Source: an uncultured Flavobacterium sp.
Lineage (GTDB): Bacteria; Bacteroidota; Bacteroidia; Flavobacteriales; Flavobacteriaceae
NCBI GenBank assembly: GCA_913060575.1
Contig: CAJXRR010000001.1
Location: 1-55,128 of the forward strand
Direction of reading: 5' to 3'
Length of the DNA stretch: 55,128 nt
Shown: piece after piece, positions 28,988-37,042 of the stretch
Position numbering within the stretch: the first letter of the stretch is position 1
Layout: each line of letters starts with the position of its first letter
Translations under genes and position numbers: made by a program
The notes under the pieces: model-generated
The model's database searches: none
Told to the model about the DNA's origin: nothing
The model's input: only the letters and a program-made list of their open reading frames with translations

Positions 28988-29818
28988 ATGAAAAAAACAA
29001 TCTTCTTACTTATTGCCATAGCTACTCTTGTTAGCTGTAAAGAAGCCGTTAAAAAAGAACCAAGAAAGCCTGTTGTAAAATTATATGCTTTAGAAGGCGG
29101 TTCTATTTTTGTAAAAAAATTAGAAGTTTTTTCTCAAGACACAACTTACACAGGTCAAACTAAACAATTTACAGATGCATATTATGTGATCTCACATCCA
29201 AAAGGAAATTTAATGTGGGATGCTGGATTACCAGAACAGTTAGTTGTACCTGAACCTTATGATGAACCTAGTGGAGTTTTTGCTATTCAGAGACCTGATT
29301 CTTTAGTAAATCAATTAGCTAGTATTGGTTTCAAAATAGATGACTTCAAGTATTTTGCCATGTCTCATTCACATTTTGATCATACTGGTCATGCAAATTA
29401 TATGAAAGGTGCGACTTGGTTGGTTCAAGAAAACGAATACAACTCAGTTGCTGGTGATTCAACAAAAATAGATCCTGCGATTAAAGACTTATCAAATCTT
29501 CAAAAATTAAACGGTGATTATGATGTCTTTGGCGACGGAACTGTTGTGATTAAATCGATGCCAGGACATACCGTTGGTCATCAAGTGTTGTATGTTGATT
29601 TAGGTCTAGAACAACCTGTTTTATTAACCGGTGATTTATATCATTTTCAAGAAAATAGAGATTCAAAAGGAGTACCTTCTTTCAATTATGATGTAAAGCA
29701 AACATTAGAAAGCATGGAAAAATTTGAGGCTTTCGCAAAAGAAAAAAATGCAAACGTATTTATTCAGCATTCGCCTGCTGATTTAGAGCGTATCAAAAAA
29801 TTAGTAAATCAAAAATAA
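28988..29818 (+). CDS. N-acyl homoserine lactonase family metallo-beta-lactamase lipoprotein (MomL-like)
   Basis: Lipobox LVSC; HSHFDHTG, PGHTVGH, TGDLYH, QH; FSQDTTYTG and HPKG.LMWDAGLPE as I recall for MomL. Confidence 0.85.
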   Translation: MKKTIFLLIAIATLVSCKEAVKKEPRKPVVKLYALEGGSIFVKKLEVFSQDTTYTGQTKQFTDAYYVISHPKGNLMWDAGLPEQLVVPEPYDEPSGVFAIQRPDSLVNQLASIGFKIDDFKYFAMSHSHFDHTGHANYMKGATWLVQENEYNSVAGDSTKIDPAIKDLSNLQKLNGDYDVFGDGTVVIKSMPGHTVGHQVLYVDLGLEQPVLLTGDLYHFQENRDSKGVPSFNYDVKQTLESMEKFEAFAKEKNANVFIQHSPADLERIKKLVNQK

Positions 29819-29828
29819 GAACAACATC

Positions 29829-30581
29829 ATGCTAAAGATTGAAAACTTACATGCTTCAATAGAAGGTAAAGTAATTTTAAAAGGTTTAAACTTACAAGTA
29901 AACCCCGGAGAAGTTCATGCAATTATGGGTCCAAATGGAGCTGGAAAAAGCACTTTGGCTAACATTGTTGCTGGAAAAGAAGAATACGAAGTTACCAATG
30001 GTTCTATTGAGCTAAATGGTGAAGACATTAGCGAATTAGCTCCTGAAGAAAGAGCTCATAATGGCGTGTTTTTATCATTTCAATATCCTGTAGAAATTCC
30101 TGGAGTTTCTGTAACAAATTTCATTAAAACAGCAATTAACGAAACTCGTAAAGCAAAAGGTTTAGAAGACATGCCTGCAAAAGACATGTTAAAAATGATA
30201 CGTGAAAAATCTGAACTATTAGAAATAGATCGTAAGTTCTTATCTCGTTCTTTAAACGAAGGTTTTTCTGGAGGAGAAAAGAAACGTAATGAGATTTTTC
30301 AAATGGCAATGTTAGAACCTAAGTTAGCGATACTAGATGAAACAGATTCTGGGCTAGATATTGATGCCTTGCGTATTGTTGCGAATGGAGTAAATAAATT
30401 GAAATCAAAAGACAACGCTGTTATTGTAATTACACACTACCAACGTTTGTTAGAATATATTGTTCCAGATTTTGTACATGTTTTATACGATGGAAAAATT
30501 GTAAAAACAGGAGACGCTTCTTTAGCTTTAGAGCTAGAGGCAAAAGGGTACGACTGGATTAAAGAAGAAATGGTTTCATAA
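29829..30581 (+). CDS. sufC: Fe-S cluster assembly ATPase SufC
   Basis: GPNGAGKST, FQYPVEIPGV, FSGGEKKRNE, LDETDSGLD, ITHYQRLL. Confidence 0.97.
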   Translation: MLKIENLHASIEGKVILKGLNLQVNPGEVHAIMGPNGAGKSTLANIVAGKEEYEVTNGSIELNGEDISELAPEERAHNGVFLSFQYPVEIPGVSVTNFIKTAINETRKAKGLEDMPAKDMLKMIREKSELLEIDRKFLSRSLNEGFSGGEKKRNEIFQMAMLEPKLAILDETDSGLDIDALRIVANGVNKLKSKDNAVIVITHYQRLLEYIVPDFVHVLYDGKIVKTGDASLALELEAKGYDWIKEEMVS

Positions 30582-30591
30582 ATCATTAAAA

Positions 30592-31905
30592 ATGGATTTA
30601 AAAGAAAAAATAGTATCCTCATATGTCGCTTTTGAAGACGGCGTAGATGTCAATACTGATATTCACGAGATTAGAACAGAAGCTTTTCAAAACTTTGAAA
30701 AATTAGGTTTTCCTACGAAAAAGTTAGAAGCGTGGAAATACACCTCTCTAAACTCAATTTTGAAAGAAGATTATAGCATCTTTCCTGACAAGGAAAAAAC
30801 CATCAACTTAGCTGATGTTAAGAAGTACTTTATTCATGATATAGACACTTACAAAGTCGTTTTTATTGATGGAAAGTATAGTTCTTTTTTATCGGAAACT
30901 ACTCATGATGCTATTGATGTTTGTTTAATGTCTTCTGCTTTAAATAAAGCAAAGTACAAGCCTGTTATTGAAAATTATTTCAATAAAGTGGCAAAACAAG
31001 ACAACTTAACTTCTCTAAACACCGCATTTGCAAAAGAAGGTGCCTACATCAACATTCCTAAGAATACAGAAGTAGAAAAACCTATACAAATCATCAACTT
31101 TACTACGGGTTCTGTAGAGGCTACCATGACGCAACCAAGAAACTTAATTGTTGTAGGTCAGAATGCGCATGTTCAGATTATTGAACGCCATCAAAGCTTA
31201 ACTAGTAATGCTGTATTAACAAATGTTGTTACGGAGGTTTTTGCCGATAGGGATGCTACTGTTGATATTTATAAAATACAGAATGATCATATTGCTGCAT
31301 CTTTAGTAGACAATACCTATATAGAGCAACAATCTAAAAGTGTTGTTTCTGTTCATACTTTTTCTTTTGGTGGAAATATTACTAGAAACAATCTAAACTT
31401 CTATCAAAAAGGAGAGTATATCGATTCTATCTTAAAAGGAATCACCATTATAGAAGGAAAACAACATGTAGATCATCATACACTAGTACATCATATAGAG
31501 CCAAATTGTGAAAGCCATCAAGATTATAAAGGTATTTTTGATGAACGTTCTACAGGGGTTTTTAATGGAAAAGTAATTGTTGAAAAAGAAGCTCAAAAAA
31601 CAAATGCTTATCAGCAAAATAATAATGTTTTAGTAAGTGATCGCTCTACGATTAATGCGAAACCTCAACTAGAAATTTTTGCAGATGATGTAAAATGTTC
31701 TCACGGATGTACCATCGGTCAGTTAGACGAGCAAGCTTTATTTTATATGCAACAACGTGGAATTCCTCAGAAAGAAGCAAGGGCTTTATTAATGTATGCC
31801 TTTGCAAACACGGTGTTAGAAAGTGTTAAAATTCCTGAAGTAAAAGAAAGAATTACAAAACTAATAGCTACAAAACTTAATGTTAATATTGGTTTTAATT
31901 TATAA
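30592..31905 (+). CDS. sufD: Fe-S cluster assembly protein SufD
   Basis: EAWKYT, KPQLEIFADDVKCSHG. Confidence 0.96.
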   Translation: MDLKEKIVSSYVAFEDGVDVNTDIHEIRTEAFQNFEKLGFPTKKLEAWKYTSLNSILKEDYSIFPDKEKTINLADVKKYFIHDIDTYKVVFIDGKYSSFLSETTHDAIDVCLMSSALNKAKYKPVIENYFNKVAKQDNLTSLNTAFAKEGAYINIPKNTEVEKPIQIINFTTGSVEATMTQPRNLIVVGQNAHVQIIERHQSLTSNAVLTNVVTEVFADRDATVDIYKIQNDHIAASLVDNTYIEQQSKSVVSVHTFSFGGNITRNNLNFYQKGEYIDSILKGITIIEGKQHVDHHTLVHHIEPNCESHQDYKGIFDERSTGVFNGKVIVEKEAQKTNAYQQNNNVLVSDRSTINAKPQLEIFADDVKCSHGCTIGQLDEQALFYMQQRGIPQKEARALLMYAFANTVLESVKIPEVKERITKLIATKLNVNIGFNL

Positions 31906-31923
31906 AAACAAGTAGAAATACAC

Positions 31924-31959
31924 AATACAAAAACAGGCAAATTTGCCTGTTTTTGTATT
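31924..31959. terminator. Perfect 36-bp palindrome; terminator of sufABCD
   Basis: AATACAAAAACAGGCAAA|TTTGCCTGTTTTTGTATT. Confidence 0.85.
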
Positions 31960-31997
31960 CTAGGTAGTTGTTACTTTTAATCTATAAATTAAAAATT

Positions 31998-32795
31998 ATG
32001 ACAACTACAACAGATCTTTCTGAAGATAATCAAAACACTCAAAAAAACATTCCTTTAGAAAATGAACCTCAAAAGCAAAAAAACTTACCTGGAATTTCTC
32101 AAGAGGTTGTAAATAGATTAACTCAAGAAGTTAATGACATGATTTCTTTTGCAGGAAGAAATGGGCTTACTATTGACACTAATGTAAATACCTTAATAAG
32201 TAATAACTCTGTTGATGATTTAATCAATGCACACAATTCTATGTGTAAGAATGTCGCTCCAGCTACACCAAAATCTATTGAGTTTACCAGAGAGGTTCGC
32301 TCTAAAGGGGAAAATAAATCTTTGTTTAATAAAATTCCACTAGTACGAAACTTAATTATACTTTCCATTATTTTCTTAGTAGCTTATATTTCATTTGCCG
32401 TACTTCCTCAAGTGTCTAATAGTAGTTTAGATAAGGGTGTATTGGAGAATGATGGTTGGAGTTTATTCTTTAATATTGGTTTTTTGGCCTCTATTTCTGG
32501 TTTAGGAGTTCTATTCCATTTACTTAAAAAAGTAAGTAATTCTGTATTAAAAAGCACCTTGGTTTCTGAAGAGTCTGTCAATTATATTGCGCAAATTTTA
32601 TTAGGTATTATTGCAGGTTTACTTTTGTCCGAAATACTTTCTGACTACCTCATTAAAGATGCTGCTGTAGATAATTTACTTAGTAGAAGTATTCTTGCGC
32701 TTGTTGGTGGATTTTCTTCTGATGTTATTTTTAGTGTTCTGGAAGCAATTATCAATCGACTAAAATCGATTTTTGTTCCATCAAACAATTCATAA
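31998..32795 (+). CDS. Hypothetical membrane protein (soluble N-domain plus 4 TM)
   Basis: Start MTTTTD; four hydrophobic segments with GxxG-type motifs, ALVGGFSSDV. Confidence 0.8.
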   Translation: MTTTTDLSEDNQNTQKNIPLENEPQKQKNLPGISQEVVNRLTQEVNDMISFAGRNGLTIDTNVNTLISNNSVDDLINAHNSMCKNVAPATPKSIEFTREVRSKGENKSLFNKIPLVRNLIILSIIFLVAYISFAVLPQVSNSSLDKGVLENDGWSLFFNIGFLASISGLGVLFHLLKKVSNSVLKSTLVSEESVNYIAQILLGIIAGLLLSEILSDYLIKDAAVDNLLSRSILALVGGFSSDVIFSVLEAIINRLKSIFVPSNNS

Positions 32796-34121
32796 TTATT
32801 CTTGAATGGAATTAATAATGTCTTTTAAAAAGACATTCTCATCATAATTTCCTTTCAAGCCAAAGCGAACAATTACCAACTCTTGATCTGGTAAAATATA
32901 TACCCGCTGTCCCTGGTATCCGTCTGCATAAAACATATTTTTAGGAACATCTTTCATTTTTCCTTGAGCGTTTAACCAAAATTGTGCTCCATAAGTTCCA
33001 TTAGAAGTTGGTGTTGGTTTAGCTACATAATCTACCCATTCTGGTGCAAAGATTTGAGTTCCGTTCCAGTTTCCTTTATGTGCATATAAAAGTCCGAACT
33101 TACCCCAGTCTCTAGCAGTAGCCCAAGCATAGGAAGACCCTACGTAATGACCTGCCATATCGGTTTCTATAATCATCGAATTCATTCCAATTTTATCGAT
33201 TAACTCTCGATACCAATAATCTAAATACTCTTGTTGCGATCCTAATTCTTGTCGCAAAATCCCTGATAACAAATTGGTTGTTCCTGAAGAATAGTTCCAT
33301 GACTCGTTTGGTTTTCCTTCCAAAGGTTTTTTACGTTGCATTACTGTCATGTCTTTTTCTAAAAACAACATTTTAGTAACATCTGAGATCTTGTCATAAT
33401 TCTCATCCCACTCCAAACCGCTATTCATTTGTAATAAGTTGTGAAGTGTAATTTCTTTTCTCTCATCATTTTGCCATTCAGAAACAGGGGCTTTATCTTG
33501 TACATTCAATTTCCCTTGATATTGCATTATTCCATAAACGGTACTCAAGATACTTTTTGTCATAGACCACCCTAAAATTCTCGAGTCACTTGAAAATCCT
33601 GTTCCGTATTTTTCAGCAATAATTTGATCTTTATAAATTACCAAAACAGCCCTTGTTTCGTCCTCTTTTTTAAAAATTGAAGAAATAGAAGTGTTTAATT
33701 TATTATAATTCACAGTACTGAAAATAGTATCTTTTTGAAGAGCGTTTCCATACGGATAAGCAGAAGAATCATTTGGTACTGTTCGTTTGGGAACTAATTG
33801 TTTTTTATTGACATCAAACCCTTTGGTAATTAATACACTTCCTAAACCTTCTCTATAGATTGCTTTTCTTGTTAATAAGCCTAAAGTAGAGGCTGTCGCA
33901 TAACTTTCATTAAAATTAAGTTCATCAGAAGCTATGTTGATGGGTGAAAAGTTATTATCCGTTGAATCCGTAAAAGTCAAGGTTCTATTTGCTAGAAAAA
34001 CAGAGGAACTTGTGCTTTTTGCAGAAAAACCAGAGATGATATTTAGTTTTGGATAGTTGATGATTACAACAAGAATTAGAGTAACCACAATTAAGAGTAT
34101 AATTCTTTTTAAGATTTTCAT
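32796..34121 (-). CDS. Serine hydrolase, beta-lactamase class C/NylB-like family
   Basis: WSMTKS (SxxK), LLQM.SG, WNYSS, ARDW.KFG, GYQGQ; N-terminal anchor. Confidence 0.9.
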   Translation of the reverse strand: MKILKRIILLIVVTLILVVIINYPKLNIISGFSAKSTSSSVFLANRTLTFTDSTDNNFSPINIASDELNFNESYATASTLGLLTRKAIYREGLGSVLITKGFDVNKKQLVPKRTVPNDSSAYPYGNALQKDTIFSTVNYNKLNTSISSIFKKEDETRAVLVIYKDQIIAEKYGTGFSSDSRILGWSMTKSILSTVYGIMQYQGKLNVQDKAPVSEWQNDERKEITLHNLLQMNSGLEWDENYDKISDVTKMLFLEKDMTVMQRKKPLEGKPNESWNYSSGTTNLLSGILRQELGSQQEYLDYWYRELIDKIGMNSMIIETDMAGHYVGSSYAWATARDWGKFGLLYAHKGNWNGTQIFAPEWVDYVAKPTPTSNGTYGAQFWLNAQGKMKDVPKNMFYADGYQGQRVYILPDQELVIVRFGLKGNYDENVFLKDIINSIQE

Positions 34122-34219
34122 TGATTATAATTTGATATTACACAAAAATAGGAATTATCTATTTGGATTCTTTATGTTTTATTTTTCTAGCCTTACCTTT
34201 GTAAAACAAAATTAAAAGG

Positions 34220-35431
34220 ATGTTTCCAGTAGAAAAAATTCGTGCAGATTTTCCAATTTTACAAAGAAAGGTAAACGGAAAACCTTTGGTGTATTTTGAC
34301 AATGCCGCTACTTCGCAAACACCTAAAATTGTGATCGATGCAATTGTTGACTATTATTCAAATTATAATGCTAATATTCATAGAGGAGTTCATTCATTAA
34401 GTCAAGAGGCTACAGACAAATACGAACAAGCTCGAATTATACTACAAAAGCATTTTAACGCAAAATACGCGTACGAAATGATTTTTACTTCTGGAACAAC
34501 CCAAAGCATTAATATGGTCGCTTCAGGCTTCTCTTCTTTGCTTAAAAAGGGTGATGAAATTATTGTCTCGGCTTTAGAACATCATTCAAACATTGTTCCT
34601 TGGCAAATGCTTTGTGAAAAAACGGAAGCTATCTTGAAAGTTATTCCTATGAATGACGAAGGAGCACTTGTCATGAGTACTTATGACGAATTGCTATCTG
34701 AAAACACAAAATTGGTTTTTTGCAATCATATTTCAAATGCTTTAGGAACCATCAACCCTATTGAAGAAATTATTGAAAAAGCCCATAACGTCGGTGCTGC
34801 GGTTTTAATTGACGGAGCGCAATCTACACCACATATGAAAGTTGATTTTCAGGCCTTAGATGTAGATTTTTATGTGACTTCTGCACATAAAGTTTGTGGT
34901 CCAACTGGAGTTGGTTTTTTATATGGAAAACAAGAATGGTTAGAGAAATTACCTCCGTATCAAGGAGGTGGTGAAATGATAGAAACCGTTACTTTTGAAA
35001 AAACTACTTATGCGGGTTTGCCTCATAAATTTGAAGCAGGAACTCCAAATATCTGTGGAGGAATTGCATTTGGTGTTGCAATTGACTATCTAAATTCTAT
35101 CGGATTTGATGCCATTGCCACTTATGAACAAGAGTTGTTAGAATATGGTACTCAAGAACTTTCAAAAATTGATGGAGTTCGTATTTATGGAACCTCCAAT
35201 AAAACATCTGTCATTTCATTTAATGTAGGTGAAATTCATCCTTACGATATTGGCTCTATTTTAGACAAACTAGGTATTGCCGTAAGAACTGGTCACCATT
35301 GTGCGCAACCTATCATGGATTTTTATAAAATTCCAGGAACAGTTAGAGCTTCATTTGCCTTTTATAATACAAAACAAGAAATTGATGTGTTTATTGAGGG
35401 GCTTAAAAAATCAATTATAATGTTGAGTTAG
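34220..35431 (+). CDS. sufS: Cysteine desulfurase, SufS family
   Basis: YFDNAATSQ, EHHSN.VPW, DGAQ, SAHK, RTGHHCAQP; own TACCTTTG at 34194-34201. Confidence 0.95.
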   Translation: MFPVEKIRADFPILQRKVNGKPLVYFDNAATSQTPKIVIDAIVDYYSNYNANIHRGVHSLSQEATDKYEQARIILQKHFNAKYAYEMIFTSGTTQSINMVASGFSSLLKKGDEIIVSALEHHSNIVPWQMLCEKTEAILKVIPMNDEGALVMSTYDELLSENTKLVFCNHISNALGTINPIEEIIEKAHNVGAAVLIDGAQSTPHMKVDFQALDVDFYVTSAHKVCGPTGVGFLYGKQEWLEKLPPYQGGGEMIETVTFEKTTYAGLPHKFEAGTPNICGGIAFGVAIDYLNSIGFDAIATYEQELLEYGTQELSKIDGVRIYGTSNKTSVISFNVGEIHPYDIGSILDKLGIAVRTGHHCAQPIMDFYKIPGTVRASFAFYNTKQEIDVFIEGLKKSIIMLS

Positions 35432-35456
35432 TGTTCTCTAATTTCATCAAAAATAG

Positions 35457-35495
35457 AAATAAAAAAGGCGTCCAAATTGGACGCCTTTTTTATTT
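35457..35495. terminator. Bidirectional intrinsic terminator
   Basis: AAATAAAAAAGGCGTCCAA-a-TTGGACGCCTTTTTTATTT. Confidence 0.9.
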
Positions 35496-35509
35496 ATTAC
35501 CTCGTTAAA

Positions 35510-37030
35510 TTAAATCCCTGGAGGATAATTTGTTGGATAGTTATTTGCTTTTGCAACATTTCCTGATTCAGAAAAGTTTGAACCATAAGCTGCATCAATT
35601 CCTTCTAAAATCTTGTTAGCCATTAAAGCATATCCTCTAGATGTTAAGTGAATTCCATCTAAACTAACCATTCCGCCAAATACTAAATTTGTCGTCATGG
35701 TAAAATCATCGAATTGAGTTCCTGTACTCGCTGCTTCATTTAATAAATCATTTAAATCAATAACAGCTAAACCATTAGCATTCCCTACCGAAACTATTGT
35801 TGCGTTATACGCATTAATAGCAGTTTGAATATTATTTTGCTCTTCTGGTGTCAATACCCAGTTATCCGCTAAAGGAACACTTACTCCATTAATTAATAAT
35901 GGGTTTCCTCCAACCTCTGAACCAATAAAAGTTGAGCTAGTCAATACTAAAAAGTCTTCAGCAGTTGCTTGTCTATAGTTAGGCAAACCAAACCCTGTTA
36001 AATCTCTTAAATCTTCATCTACAATCACCACAGCATTTTGACCTGCAGCGAAATTAACTGTTCTTTTTGCTATTTCTTCGTCGGCTGTAGCTTGAGGAAG
36101 ACCCTGTAATACAAGCCCAGCATATACTTGCTGTAAACCTCCATTATAAGCTGCATAACCTCCGTTTACTAAATCTGCCGTAGCTTGATCTAATGGAACT
36201 GGATTATGAGGTACGGTTGTAAAGTATGGTAAATTTACAATAGAAGGAACGGTTACTACTGCTCCTTTTGCTCCGTTTGCAGTCATTGCTGCAACTGTAG
36301 CACCAAACACCTGAGTAAAAACACCTGGGTCTGTAATATCATTAGAACTATACGTTGATGGGTCTGGATTTCCTGTTTGAACCACTCCTGTACCTCCTGA
36401 AGTTGCGTAAGCCAACACATCGTTTCCTCCTATTTCTGAAATTGTAAAGAACGTTGGGGCCTGTGAAGCTGCATCAGCTAAAACAGTTGCTCCTGGACTC
36501 GATGCCATTCTTGCATAATAAGGATTCGCTAATCCTAATTGTACGTTAGCTACACTTCCGTATCCTGGTGCTAGTAAATGAAAACTTTTAAGTCCTGGTA
36601 CACCCATATTATTGAAAGGTCCAGATAAAACGCTAGAAACTTCTGTTGTTGGAGTTCCTGGTAAAACTGCAGGTCCTCTTCCATTAAAAAACAATCTAGC
36701 ATTAGATATTTGGTTTCCGCCTAATAACAACCCTCCAATATTATCTGAGACTAAAGGTTGAGTGAAATCTCCACCGCCAAAATTAGCCATCATATTAGCC
36801 ATTATTTGTGGGAAAGATCTTGACTGAGCTGCTTGGAATACTGATCCGTCAGAAAACCCTGCTGAAAATGAAGCTCCAATAGCTACATACTTAGAGAAAT
36901 CTGCTGTTCCTGCATTCGCATCTGGCAACACAACAACTTCTGCTGCAATTGCATCTAATTCATTATTGACATCACAAGCAGAAAAACTAACTGCTAAAAG
37001 CATCAAACTTATATATTTAATTTTTTTCAT
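35510..37030 (-). CDS. SGNH/GDSL-like lipolytic lipoprotein
   Basis: Lipobox FSAC; block I VAIGASFSAG, II NMGVPG, III IGGNDVL, V DGIH. Confidence 0.88.
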   Translation of the reverse strand: MKKIKYISLMLLAVSFSACDVNNELDAIAAEVVVLPDANAGTADFSKYVAIGASFSAGFSDGSVFQAAQSRSFPQIMANMMANFGGGDFTQPLVSDNIGGLLLGGNQISNARLFFNGRGPAVLPGTPTTEVSSVLSGPFNNMGVPGLKSFHLLAPGYGSVANVQLGLANPYYARMASSPGATVLADAASQAPTFFTISEIGGNDVLAYATSGGTGVVQTGNPDPSTYSSNDITDPGVFTQVFGATVAAMTANGAKGAVVTVPSIVNLPYFTTVPHNPVPLDQATADLVNGGYAAYNGGLQQVYAGLVLQGLPQATADEEIAKRTVNFAAGQNAVVIVDEDLRDLTGFGLPNYRQATAEDFLVLTSSTFIGSEVGGNPLLINGVSVPLADNWVLTPEEQNNIQTAINAYNATIVSVGNANGLAVIDLNDLLNEAASTGTQFDDFTMTTNLVFGGMVSLDGIHLTSRGYALMANKILEGIDAAYGSNFSESGNVAKANNYPTNYPPGI

Positions 37031-37042
37031 TTTTCTTTTTGT

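Noticed and set aside
31924-31959. 36-bp palindrome of CRISPR-repeat length
   Set aside because: Single copy, no spacers or cas genes; position fits the sufD terminator.
32796-34121. Beta-lactamase-fold genes (this one and the MBL at 28988) as antibiotic resistance genes
   Set aside because: Motifs fit a general serine hydrolase (YSS, no KTG) and an AHL-lactonase family protein.
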